Of a DNA stretch of 59,941 bases, positions 8,346-16,599 are shown one piece after another. This DNA comes from a virus. Taxonomy: Duplodnaviria > Caudoviricetes. The notes under the pieces are model-generated. The model did not search any database and was not told the origin of the DNA. It saw nothing but the letters and a program-made list of their open reading frames with translations. Each line of letters opens with the position of its first letter. Position 1 is the first letter of the stretch. The DNA is taken from positions 1 through 59,941 of IMG/VR virus record IMGVR_UViG_3300037502_003163. One strand, 5' to 3'. A program made the translations under genes and the position numbers.

Positions 8346-8663
8346 ATGGCGTACGGTAATCAAAGCAATCGTTTCTCTCCGAAATCACCTGCTTCGCAGG
8401 GCAACTCAGCTGGTGCACCTCGTACCAACGGCGGCGGCATGAAAGCCGGTCTCAATAAGCTGCTGATGTCCACTGGCCTCTTCAAGCCACGTAGTGAGAA
8501 GGTCAAGGCTGTTGCTTCTGTCGCTACCGAGATTCCTGTCGACTTGAAGGCTGGCCAACGGGTGTTCATTGACCTCCATCAGAACAGTCCTGAAGATGTG
8601 GCTGCTGGTAAACCACCCTTCTTCATCCTGATTAAGGAAGCTCCTGAGCAGAAGCGGGCTTAA
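8346..8663 (+). CDS. Hypothetical protein, possibly ssDNA-binding (DUF736-like)
   Basis: Strong AAGGAG SD; small beta-rich protein next to nuclease and polymerase; function is a guess. Confidence 0.5.
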   Translation: MAYGNQSNRFSPKSPASQGNSAGAPRTNGGGMKAGLNKLLMSTGLFKPRSEKVKAVASVATEIPVDLKAGQRVFIDLHQNSPEDVAAGKPPFFILIKEAPEQKRA

Positions 8664-8720
8664 GGTCATAGCCTGTATGACTCTAGTACCAACGGTAGCT
8701 ATCCTTTGAGCGGGTAGCAT

Positions 8721-8752
8721 GGCAGGATGTAGCGCTCCTGCCTCTTTCTTTT
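8721..8752 (+). terminator. Rho-independent terminator
   Basis: GGCAGGA-N8-TCCTGCC followed by TCTTTCTTTT. Confidence 0.75.
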
Positions 8753-8761
8753 CTGATAACA

Positions 8762-8810
8762 AACACTACCGTGAAGGACGCCCGCGAAGCGAGGTGTCCG
8801 TTACAGGAGG
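8762..8810 (+). promoter_or_regulatory. Conserved hairpin element (copy 2 of 3)
   Basis: AACACTACCGTGAA-GGACGCC-CGCGAAGCGA-GGTGTCC-GTTACAGGAGG. Confidence 0.6.
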
Positions 8811-8816
8811 TTAGCA

Positions 8817-8957
8817 ATGATACTAGCAGCACTCATCTACTTCTGTGCCAATCAAGGACTGTTAGTTGCCAGCCCGGTGGTAATCAATACCCTCGCCGCC
8901 GGAGCAGTCGTCACTACTTATAGCAGTAAAATCAATATCAATGTCGGTGGTCGGTAG
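8817..8957 (+). CDS. Small hydrophobic protein (46 aa)
   Basis: AGGAGG SD; MILAALIYFCANQGLLV... Confidence 0.6.
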   Translation: MILAALIYFCANQGLLVASPVVINTLAAGAVVTTYSSKININVGGR

Positions 8958-9026
8958 CGTTGGCGGGAGGACGTTCCGCACTTGCTACTCGTAAAGAGAT
9001 AAGTTATTACTATCGTAGGTGAAGCT

Positions 9027-11294
9027 ATGGACTCAGTTACCCTCACCACTCATCCCCGTTTCGTTCTCTTAGAACCGCGCTCCGTACCTCCGCGCGTTGG
9101 CGAATCGTACCAACGGGTATGTCCCACCGGACGGGAGGTAGAGAACTTACTCCGCGCCGCGTTCCAATCACCGTTCATAGCAGTCGACTTCGAGACGAAG
9201 GGCAATGACTATTCCCTTCCCGTTGACGATGCCCACGTCATTGGTGTCGGCCTCGCTTGGGACAGGGGCAGCTGCTACTTGGACCCCTCCAGCCTATCTG
9301 CCACGGAGTGGCGTCTCCTTGACCGGATTTTCCTAGAGCATAAAGGCTTGCTTGCCCACAATGTTTACTTTGACGGGGGCTGGCTACGCCGAGACTATGG
9401 CATCCATCCCGGGTGGTACGCGTGTACGTATGGTATGTATATGCAGCTCGCTAGTGAGGGCTTTGAAGGACAGAGATGGGGCCTCAAAGATGCAATGACA
9501 GACTTGTTAATGTGGAGTAGCACCAACGAAACCGACCTCGACAATTGGTTAGTCAGTAACGGCTACAAGAATCAAAGCCATCGTCCCCTAAAGGGCGAGA
9601 TGTGGAGGGCACCATCAGATATCCTCGGGAAGTATTGTGTGCTCGATGCCGAGGCAACCTATCTACTCTTCACCGAAATCTTTCAACCCGTACTGGACAA
9701 GTTTCCATCGGTACTCCAATACCACCGCGATGACTTCCTCCCTCACGTCATGATTCACATCGACCAAAAGATGCATGGCATACTAACGGACCGCCAGCAT
9801 TGGCTGCGGTATACTTCGGAACTAGTCGGCTCCATCGCTGCCAGTGAACACGCCTTCCGCAACCATGAACGGGTCGCCCCATTGATTGCCGAATGGGAAG
9901 CGAAGAAGATGGCTACCTTCCTCGAGAAGGAACCACCCCAGTTCAAGAAAGGGAAGGAAAGGAAGGAGCCCCCCCGCCTGACTAAGAGCGGGGAAGTCAG
10001 CAAGAATTGGTTGAAGTGGTATGAGCTCAGTCAGCGGCCGCCCGAGATAAACAATAACTGGTTGAAGTGGCGAGAAAAGAAATCTCAAATTGACCGGGGG
10101 GAATTGTCCGACTACAAGTTTAACTTGCAGTCCGGGGACCACCTGAGGTGGCTCCTTTATGACCAGCTCAAGTTTCCAACCAAGCTCGAAACGGATAGCG
10201 GGTTGCCTGCTGTTAGCGAGGACGCCCTCCAGTCGATGGGAGATATCGGCCAAATACTTATTGGCCGGGCACTAAAGGTCAAGGAGTTATCCTATGTTGA
10301 GGACTATGTGGAACGTACTGAAACGAGGCCTACTCTCCATCCCTCGTTCCGGATGCCGGGTACAGTTACGGGTAGACTTGCTGGCAAGGAACCCAATCTT
10401 CAACAGTTGCCAAAGACTAAAGGAACACTTACTGGTCTCATATCCCGGCCTGGTCATTCGTTTGTGGACTGTGATGTTAACGCTTTGGAGATGGTTGTTA
10501 CTGCTGAGTTGAGTCAAGACAGGAATCTCCTTTCCCTCTACGGGCCAGGAGCGCAACCCAACGATATTTATACATTCTATGGCAGTATGATGGCAGGTAT
10601 CGGACCCAAGCTAACGTCACTAGGTTACGACCCATACAAGCCAGTTAAAGAAATACTGGATGCAACTAAAAAAGCCTTCAAGAAGGAACGTTCCATTGCG
10701 AAGCTGCTCATCCTGTCGGATAACTACGGCTCCGGTGTCAAGAAGAAACAGAAAATCTTGTCCCTCAACGGTGTGGATATGACCCTCCGGGAAGTCGAGG
10801 CTATGCACCAATCTCTAATGGAGGCCAAAGCCGGAGTCCTTGCTTACGTTGAATGGTTACGGGATGAATGGAGAGCCAATGGGGGCTGGATAGAAAACGG
10901 GTATGGACGCCCCATCTGCGTGGATGAGAAGTACGAAAAGGATTTATTAAATCGCTGCCTGGCGGCGGGCACACTAGTACACACAAAGCGGGGACTGGTT
11001 CCAATTGAGCAGGTTACTAATGATGACGTAGTTTGGGACGGACATGAATGGGTGACACATTCTGGCGTGATATTCAAAGGGGTACAAGAAGTCATAACAG
11101 TTAATAGTGTTGACATGACCCCGGACCATGCTATCTTTATTGATGAGCACAACAAGAAGGAGGCTCAATATGTCGGACAACTGGATAGCGTCCTCGAAAC
11201 CACACCCGGAAATAATTGGTCAACGCTTTGGAGACTTTGTTGTAGTGTCGCATATCTACTGGCGAAGAAATGGAAAAGGTCCTGCATACGTTGA
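9027..11294 (+). CDS. polA: Family A DNA polymerase N-fragment fused to split intein IntN
   Basis: ExoI VDFET, ExoII HNVYFD, ExoIII YCVLD; TGRLAGKEPNLQQLP; motif A DVNALE; motif B RSIAKLLILSDNYG; then CLAAGT intein start. Confidence 0.92.
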   Translation: MDSVTLTTHPRFVLLEPRSVPPRVGESYQRVCPTGREVENLLRAAFQSPFIAVDFETKGNDYSLPVDDAHVIGVGLAWDRGSCYLDPSSLSATEWRLLDRIFLEHKGLLAHNVYFDGGWLRRDYGIHPGWYACTYGMYMQLASEGFEGQRWGLKDAMTDLLMWSSTNETDLDNWLVSNGYKNQSHRPLKGEMWRAPSDILGKYCVLDAEATYLLFTEIFQPVLDKFPSVLQYHRDDFLPHVMIHIDQKMHGILTDRQHWLRYTSELVGSIAASEHAFRNHERVAPLIAEWEAKKMATFLEKEPPQFKKGKERKEPPRLTKSGEVSKNWLKWYELSQRPPEINNNWLKWREKKSQIDRGELSDYKFNLQSGDHLRWLLYDQLKFPTKLETDSGLPAVSEDALQSMGDIGQILIGRALKVKELSYVEDYVERTETRPTLHPSFRMPGTVTGRLAGKEPNLQQLPKTKGTLTGLISRPGHSFVDCDVNALEMVVTAELSQDRNLLSLYGPGAQPNDIYTFYGSMMAGIGPKLTSLGYDPYKPVKEILDATKKAFKKERSIAKLLILSDNYGSGVKKKQKILSLNGVDMTLREVEAMHQSLMEAKAGVLAYVEWLRDEWRANGGWIENGYGRPICVDEKYEKDLLNRCLAAGTLVHTKRGLVPIEQVTNDDVVWDGHEWVTHSGVIFKGVQEVITVNSVDMTPDHAIFIDEHNKKEAQYVGQLDSVLETTPGNNWSTLWRLCCSVAYLLAKKWKRSCIR
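10956..11294 (+). mobile_element. Split intein N-part (IntN, 112 aa)
   Basis: Block A CLAAGTLVHTKRG and block B TPDH; ends at a stop codon with no block G. Confidence 0.88.
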
Positions 11295-11862
11295 TGTACA
11301 GTGCGACCACGGAACAAGCAGGCAGTCAATAGACAATTTGCGGACAAGCAAGGTTAGGGGATGTAAACTTTGTTTTCAAAAACGAAATGGATTAGTTACT
11401 TTTCAAGATGAGACAGACCGTAGACTCTTTAAGCACTATAAGTCCATCTACAACCGCACTACTTACGCCGGTGTTAATGGTTACCATAACTATGGAGGAG
11501 CCGGTATTACCTTGTGTGACGCATGGAAAAACAATCCCCGCGCCTTTATTGATTATGTTAAGGAACTTCCAGGATACTCGGTAGGAAAGACTCTTGACCG
11601 AATAGATAATGAGAAGGGATACATGCCCGGCAATCTGCGGTGGGCAACGCGAAAAGAGCAAGCATACAACAGACGAGACACAATTAAAGTGAGGTGGAAT
11701 AATGAGGACATCTCTTTCAAAGATTTTGCTGAACGATATACCGACCTATCTCAGTCGCAGGCTCTTGCGCTTTGGCATAAAGGCTGGACTCTTCAACAAC
11801 TCGTCGACCACGTCCCAAAAGAAATCGGTGCCCGTGTACGATATAATAAACGCAGGGCCTAG
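11170..11862 (+). CDS. Free-standing HNH homing endonuclease between the split intein halves
   Basis: AGGAGG SD before ATG 11170; YGGAGI and TLDRIDNEKGYMPGNLRWATRKEQAYN motifs. Confidence 0.88.
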   Translation: MSDNWIASSKPHPEIIGQRFGDFVVVSHIYWRRNGKGPAYVDVQCDHGTSRQSIDNLRTSKVRGCKLCFQKRNGLVTFQDETDRRLFKHYKSIYNRTTYAGVNGYHNYGGAGITLCDAWKNNPRAFIDYVKELPGYSVGKTLDRIDNEKGYMPGNLRWATRKEQAYNRRDTIKVRWNNEDISFKDFAERYTDLSQSQALALWHKGWTLQQLVDHVPKEIGARVRYNKRRA

Positions 11863-11908
11863 ACGTAGATTTACAGTTCAAGGAACTAAAACCTTTGTAG
11901 TCTCGAAC
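11702..11908 (+). mobile_element. Split intein C-part (IntC, 69 aa)
   Basis: Block F VYDIINAGPRRRFTV; terminal Asn followed by Cys+1 at 11909. Confidence 0.85.
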
Positions 11909-12181
11909 TGCGTGCAATCAACAGGCCACGATATCTTACAACTTTGGGCCAGGATAACAGCGAGGCGGTTGACCGAAGCGGAGATAAACTGGAAGCCCAC
12001 AGTCTGGGATTGGCACGATGAAATCATCATCGAAGTTCCAGATAGTCAAGTGGCGTTGGCGAAACATATTATGGAAGTTGATTCTTTTGCTGAACTTAAC
12101 CAGATACTCGGAGGAACTTGTCCCTTGAAAGGGAGTGCCGCTGTGGCGAAGACACTAGCCGGCATTAAATTGGAGGAGTAA
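11702..12181 (+). CDS. polA: Split intein IntC fused to the DNA polymerase C-fragment
   Basis: GAGGTGG SD before ATG 11702; VYDI...VVSN|C junction; CVQSTGHD and motif C WHDEIIIEV. Confidence 0.9.
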   Translation: MRTSLSKILLNDIPTYLSRRLLRFGIKAGLFNNSSTTSQKKSVPVYDIINAGPRRRFTVQGTKTFVVSNCVQSTGHDILQLWARITARRLTEAEINWKPTVWDWHDEIIIEVPDSQVALAKHIMEVDSFAELNQILGGTCPLKGSAAVAKTLAGIKLEE

Positions 12182-12185
12182 GACA

Positions 12186-12419
12186 GTGGATATAGTAATG
12201 GAAATATTTTTTTGGTCAGCGTTTACCGCGTGTTCCGAAACGAAGTTGGTGTTACCACCCGGAGCGGATGAGACGGTGGATGATAGGTCCGCCGTAGCCC
12301 GGGCCAAGCATCACTGCGCGGAGCTGTATGAAAACTCCCCGTGCGCCAGAACTGTCGAGCGGAGAAAGCATCTGTCTTACTGGGTGATATGTGGCGGGTA
12401 TGACGTGGAAGCAAAATAG
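12186..12419 (+). CDS. Small Cys-containing hypothetical protein
   Basis: GGAGGAG SD; four Cys residues. Confidence 0.55.
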   Translation: MDIVMEIFFWSAFTACSETKLVLPPGADETVDDRSAVARAKHHCAELYENSPCARTVERRKHLSYWVICGGYDVEAK

Positions 12420-12472
12420 TCCTAAAGTCCGGGCGGTCTCCTACCGATATTATAGGTGGAGGCAGCGATACT

Positions 12473-12964
12473 ATGAAACAATTATTACTCCTTACTTTAC
12501 TTGTCGGCTGTGGTGTGGAGCAGGCTTGTCAAAGCAGTGGCAGGGTCAGTCGCCGGACACCCAGGATAGGGGACTGTACCCCGGAGCAGGTTAGTCCTCG
12601 CATCAATCCACAACTCCAGTACGCGGTAGAGCTATTCTCAAATGATGCCACCCGACACGAGGTACCCTGCCAGACTACTCCCATTGTCGGGTTCTCATCC
12701 GATATGGGCCCGGATAAGAAGAAGGGTGTGGTCGGGTACTGCATTGATAGTTGGGAGGTGCGAGTCTTGACCAGCTATTGGCAGACCGCTTCAGCTACCG
12801 ACCGACTCCTCCTCATGTACCACGAACTGGGCCATTGCGCTCTTGGTCTTGACCATCTCGATGGTGAGATTGATATCATGAATAGCTACCTCTTAGATGA
12901 CGTCACCGCTGAAAAGGAGTGGGACGATTTAGTAAACAAGATGTTTGAAAGGAAGAAGAAATGA
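12473..12964 (+). CDS. Lipoprotein zinc metalloprotease (matrixin/metzincin-like)
   Basis: Lipobox LVG|C; HELGHCALGLDH and Met-turn DIMN. Confidence 0.8.
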   Translation: MKQLLLLTLLVGCGVEQACQSSGRVSRRTPRIGDCTPEQVSPRINPQLQYAVELFSNDATRHEVPCQTTPIVGFSSDMGPDKKKGVVGYCIDSWEVRVLTSYWQTASATDRLLLMYHELGHCALGLDHLDGEIDIMNSYLLDDVTAEKEWDDLVNKMFERKKK

Positions 12965-13179
12965 GCACGTACATTAAGGCCAAGACCGACCAGAAGAGAC
13001 AAAGGAAGAAAGTCTATAATGAACTCCTATTCCAAGCCGCGTCAGCCGTACTACCTTCAGTGGTCATCAAGGCCCCCGATGACGCCTCCCCTGGGGAGAT
13101 GGTAGATAACGCTATCTTACTCGCAACTAATCTCCTAGCCGAACTTGGCTATAGTTACAAGGACGATTCCGATGCGTGA
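12961..13179 (+). CDS. Hypothetical protein
   Basis: ATGA coupling; AAGGA SD. Confidence 0.6.
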   Translation: MSTYIKAKTDQKRQRKKVYNELLFQAASAVLPSVVIKAPDDASPGEMVDNAILLATNLLAELGYSYKDDSDA

Positions 13180-13309
13180 TATCATCCACTCCTTAGCAGC
13201 TGGACTGCTCATCGTGTTTGTGGTCGGGCTCATCCTCGGTCTGGGAACGATGTTGCTACCAATTATCGGACTCTACATTTTAGGTAAACATTATAGGGAG
13301 AACTTTTAA
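13172..13309 (+). CDS. Small membrane protein (45 aa)
   Basis: AAGGA SD; long hydrophobic stretch; TAATG coupling to the next gene. Confidence 0.6.
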   Translation: MRDIIHSLAAGLLIVFVVGLILGLGTMLLPIIGLYILGKHYRENF

Positions 13310-13527
13310 TGAAGGTCGCGGCATTGAAATGTCCCGTGTGTGAGGAAGTAATCTGGTCTAGGGCTAGACACGACTTCAGAAACTGTGCGTGTAAGAAATG
13401 TTTCATTGATGGGGGGCGGGCCTATACTAGGATTGGTTATGACCCGAGTATCAAGCCTATCCAGGGCGTCCTTAATACGGCAACTAATGAATTCAGTCCC
13501 GATGATGAGGCAGATGTTTATCAATGA
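13309..13527 (+). CDS. Zinc-finger phage protein
   Basis: CPVC...SRARHDF..CAC...IDGG motif. Confidence 0.7.
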   Translation: MKVAALKCPVCEEVIWSRARHDFRNCACKKCFIDGGRAYTRIGYDPSIKPIQGVLNTATNEFSPDDEADVYQ

Positions 13528-13784
13528 GCGAATACTACGTTACAGTAGATACCGTTGAACAGGACGGCTCGGAGTGGAACCACTTACTACGGCTCGTCAT
13601 CCGGGGCCAAGAGTATCTGGTCTCGGCTACCACGCCTACGGCGTTGGGACGGAGCGGGGACCGGCTCTGGTTGACGTGGTCCTCGATGGACTGTCACACT
13701 GTTACCACAATCGAGGAAGCTCCTGGTAAGTTTGTTACAGGTCGAATCAAACTTTGTACCGCTTTTGATGTGAGGAAGACATGA
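13524..13784 (+). CDS. Hypothetical protein
   Basis: ATGA coupling at both ends. Confidence 0.6.
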   Translation: MSEYYVTVDTVEQDGSEWNHLLRLVIRGQEYLVSATTPTALGRSGDRLWLTWSSMDCHTVTTIEEAPGKFVTGRIKLCTAFDVRKT

Positions 13785-14362
13785 AACAAATATCCGACAT
13801 TCATAAGACAACTAAAATATACAAGGAAGTTGAGAAGTTGAGGGGACCGTTAGTGTACGGGAACGTTCTCAGTATTGACCCGTCAATTGGCAGCACTTCT
13901 TCCTCCCCTGGATGGGCATATTACCAAGCTGGAAAGCTGATTGATAGCGGCGTCATCCATACTGGGGGTTCCCATCTCGAGCTTTGGCAGAGGGCACGCC
14001 GGCTCGGGGATGCCCTTCGCGCCTTGTGTAATGAGTATAAAGTAGACGTCCTCATTTACGAAGACATTCCCGCCACTTCCGGCTTCAATCAAAATGCTAT
14101 CGCTAGTCTTCTCAAAGCGGTCGGAGTTGTGCTATCATGTACTACCAGCTCCCACGTGTTGGGAATTCACCCCGCATCTTGGAAGAATTATGTCCGACCA
14201 GAATATAAAAAGGGAGACAAAGAAGACGCCATCGAAATCGGATGGGTCGCAATCAGTCTCGCCCAATGGATTGAAGCAATCACTACCGAGCGAAGTTCGG
14301 GTGCTGGGGAGGACGTTCAGAGTGGAGATGGCCAGCCTCGACGAAGAGGACGTGCTCGGTGA
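13781..14362 (+). CDS. RuvC-like Holliday junction resolvase
   Basis: LSIDPS...GWA, IYED, HPASWK and KEDAI. Confidence 0.8.
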   Translation: MKQISDIHKTTKIYKEVEKLRGPLVYGNVLSIDPSIGSTSSSPGWAYYQAGKLIDSGVIHTGGSHLELWQRARRLGDALRALCNEYKVDVLIYEDIPATSGFNQNAIASLLKAVGVVLSCTTSSHVLGIHPASWKNYVRPEYKKGDKEDAIEIGWVAISLAQWIEAITTERSSGAGEDVQSGDGQPRRRGRAR

Positions 14363-14597
14363 TACAGTTGGCCTCTACCGGAGGATAAGGGTCAGCCAAG
14401 ACCTGACTAGGAAGCAACAATGGACAACCTTCGTCCACGAGTGGGCACATGCGGTACTATATGTCAACGGCGTCTCATCCGTCATACCAGATGAAGTAGA
14501 AGAAATCATTGTGCAATCTATGGAACACGCGGTAGAGGAACTTCTGGAGCAAGTGGGCGAGGACTTACTGAAACACCTCTCCCTACCCGAGGACTAA
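14094..14597 (+). CDS. HExxH metallopeptidase-like protein (true start probably near 14270)
   Basis: LPSEVRVLGRTFRV...FVHEWAHAVL...E. Confidence 0.65.
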   Translation: MLSLVFSKRSELCYHVLPAPTCWEFTPHLGRIMSDQNIKRETKKTPSKSDGSQSVSPNGLKQSLPSEVRVLGRTFRVEMASLDEEDVLGDTVGLYRRIRVSQDLTRKQQWTTFVHEWAHAVLYVNGVSSVIPDEVEEIIVQSMEHAVEELLEQVGEDLLKHLSLPED

Positions 14598-14606
14598 AGA
14601 AAGTCC

Positions 14607-14634
14607 TTTAGTTTTTTTGTGAATGTGCCGATAC
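14607..14634 (+). promoter_or_regulatory. sigma-28-type promoter
   Basis: TTTAGTTT-N12-GCCGATAC in an intergenic gap. Confidence 0.6.
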
Positions 14635-14657
14635 GTACCTTGTGTGACGGAGGTGCT

Positions 14658-14831
14658 ATGGGATACGTAGTATTAATTAGTTTGATAATAGCTGGTTGCG
14701 CCCATCCTCGGGCTGATGAATGGTGGCCTAAGGACCACTATCAGATGATGAAGGAGTGTCGGGCGATGTGCCGTAACGAGGTCAAGTCATATAGTTTGGT
14801 TGACGGCCAATGTGTTTGTCACAAACGGTGA
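14658..14831 (+). CDS. Small Cys-rich lipoprotein
   Basis: GGAGG SD; lipobox IAG|C; CxxxC...CxC. Confidence 0.7.
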   Translation: MGYVVLISLIIAGCAHPRADEWWPKDHYQMMKECRAMCRNEVKSYSLVDGQCVCHKR

Positions 14832-15161
14832 ATGTACCAAAGTTTGGTAGATAAGCCAAAAGGAGATAATATGTTGAAAGCAAAGAAATACTTCCTCTTC
14901 TCCGTGGATGGGGGCGGCTCGTCCGCAAAGCTTACTAAAAACACGGTGACCATTACTCATCACGAGACTGCTTACTTCACCATTACCGATACCGGAAACG
15001 GGTACGAGATAGTAGACAAGAGTCCCGGCGGCGGGACTAAGAAGTATAGTATTGACTATGGTACAATGGCTGACCTCCTCGCCGCCTTCCGGATATTCCG
15101 ACACGATAACCACAAGTTATATGGAGATTACTGGACTGTATATGAAGGGGAGAAACTGTGA
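14832..15161 (+). CDS. Hypothetical protein
   Basis: ORF; AGGAG SD before an internal ATG. Confidence 0.6.
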   Translation: MYQSLVDKPKGDNMLKAKKYFLFSVDGGGSSAKLTKNTVTITHHETAYFTITDTGNGYEIVDKSPGGGTKKYSIDYGTMADLLAAFRIFRHDNHKLYGDYWTVYEGEKL

Positions 15162-15183
15162 TGACGACTGAAAGGAGTCAGCA

Positions 15184-15450
15184 ATGAACATCATTGAAGC
15201 AATCAAGAGCGGGAGACGGTTTCGCCGCAGAGGACAGCCACGCTACTTAGAATTATTTCACGATATCGATTTATGTCTTAGTGCTGTTGATATTACTGCC
15301 GACGATTGGGAAGTGGAAGAGAAGAAAGTGATGATTACGCAGGAGCAATTATTCAAGGCGTATTGGAACACCCTTCATACCGTTGCTTACTTAGATAATC
15401 ATAGGCGGATTGACCACATTGACGCCATAGCCAAGGAGTTGGGACTGTGA
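15184..15450 (+). CDS. Hypothetical protein
   Basis: AAAGGAG SD; EAIKSG...ADDWEV phage-like motif. Confidence 0.65.
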   Translation: MNIIEAIKSGRRFRRRGQPRYLELFHDIDLCLSAVDITADDWEVEEKKVMITQEQLFKAYWNTLHTVAYLDNHRRIDHIDAIAKELGL

Positions 15451-15623
15451 AAGTCTATTTAGTTTGGTGTGACTTTGACGTTCTGGGTGTGTACGCGACA
15501 CAGGAGATGGCAGCTGATTATATTAAGCGAGAGTTGGATGAGATTGAAGCGAAGCTGGGGTTTCGGCCCGCTGCTGATTTTCGTATCTACGAACGACACA
15601 TTATAGGGGAGGACGTACCGTGA
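15447..15623 (+). CDS. Small hypothetical protein (58 aa)
   Basis: AAGGAG SD; GTGA coupling at both ends. Confidence 0.6.
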   Translation: MKVYLVWCDFDVLGVYATQEMAADYIKRELDEIEAKLGFRPAADFRIYERHIIGEDVP

Positions 15624-15934
15624 AAGGCATATTGGAATTTAATTTGCCTGAAGAGAGTGGGGAATTTGAGGACGCCATCAATGCTCCTAAGTACCGGGCT
15701 GCACTATTCGAAACCCGGCAACAAGTATTCCGTCCAGCCAGGAAGCACGGGTATGGTCGGCACGATATTCACGTCTTGCTTACCCGACTAGACGAACTGG
15801 TGCGCGATTATCACGCAGACCAAGCAAGCTGGCCGACGGATGAATACGGCCACCCTCAAGATGGTACGCACCTCGTCAGTATGCTTGAAGGATTGTTCAG
15901 TCAAATACTGGAAGAGAATGGGGTGGGGGAATGA
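15620..15934 (+). CDS. Hypothetical protein
   Basis: GGAGG SD; LEFNLPEE start. Confidence 0.65.
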   Translation: MKGILEFNLPEESGEFEDAINAPKYRAALFETRQQVFRPARKHGYGRHDIHVLLTRLDELVRDYHADQASWPTDEYGHPQDGTHLVSMLEGLFSQILEENGVGE

Positions 15935-16110
15935 GAATACTTCTTACAGCCAAAAATGCCATGGGAGATGTTGCTGATTACGAAGTTCACGTGGATAGTC
16001 AAGAGGATATCTACCGTGCCACCTACCGACTACTGGGTCTCCCCGGTATTGTCTCTGCCAAAGTTCATCCGGAGTATGTCGAACTGGCGCACTCTTTACC
16101 GAGAACGTAA
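15931..16110 (+). CDS. Small hypothetical protein (59 aa)
   Basis: ATGA coupling; preferred over ORF 15956..16165. Confidence 0.5.
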   Translation: MRILLTAKNAMGDVADYEVHVDSQEDIYRATYRLLGLPGIVSAKVHPEYVELAHSLPRT

Positions 16111-16175
16111 CAACTCGAGGGAGTCATCACTCGCGGAGCTAGTGAAGGCGACCCAACAACAATAAGGAGCATAAC

Positions 16176-16358
16176 GTGTTGTATCAATGGGACTGTAAAC
16201 AGTGTGGGAAACAAGTGGAAGTCATCCGCAAGATGGACGACCGAGACCGGGGGCCCGACGAGCCGTGCGAGCTATGTGGATGTGATGACTTTAAACGGGT
16301 AATAGCGGCAGGAGCCTTTATGCTACTGGGTGGAGGGTGGTTTCGTGACGGCTATTGA
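16176..16358 (+). CDS. FmdB-like zinc-ribbon protein
   Basis: YQWDCKQCG...CELCG...GGGWF. Confidence 0.75.
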   Translation: MLYQWDCKQCGKQVEVIRKMDDRDRGPDEPCELCGCDDFKRVIAAGAFMLLGGGWFRDGY

Positions 16359-16408
16359 CTTCGTTAAGGAAACAAGCAAAGCGAGGTTTACTGGGGATGG
16401 GTACTAAC

Positions 16409-16588
16409 ATGTATGAACTAAAGGCATTAATCGGATTGGGACTCATTATCGGACTGGGCGGACTATCACTTCTCGTGTACAAGCTCCACCAACTCCTCCG
16501 CGCCATACAAGACTTGCATCAAGACATTAGTGTGATAAGACTAGATAATAGTAGAACGATGGCAGAGTTGAGAAGAAGACACCGTTAA
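16409..16588 (+). CDS. Small membrane protein
   Basis: Hydrophobic helix followed by a coiled segment; start uncertain. Confidence 0.55.
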   Translation: MYELKALIGLGLIIGLGGLSLLVYKLHQLLRAIQDLHQDISVIRLDNSRTMAELRRRHR

Positions 16589-16599
16589 TCTTAAGGGCA

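Noticed and set aside
11170-11862. Frameshifted pseudogene or group I intron interrupting polA
   Set aside because: All three ORFs have their own SD and start, intein blocks are intact at both junctions, and there is no non-coding room or recognisable core for an intron; reads and RT-PCR are still needed for formal exclusion
15956-16165. 69 aa ORF from the ORF track
   Set aside because: The overlapping frame 15931..16110 is translationally coupled to the upstream gene and more plausible
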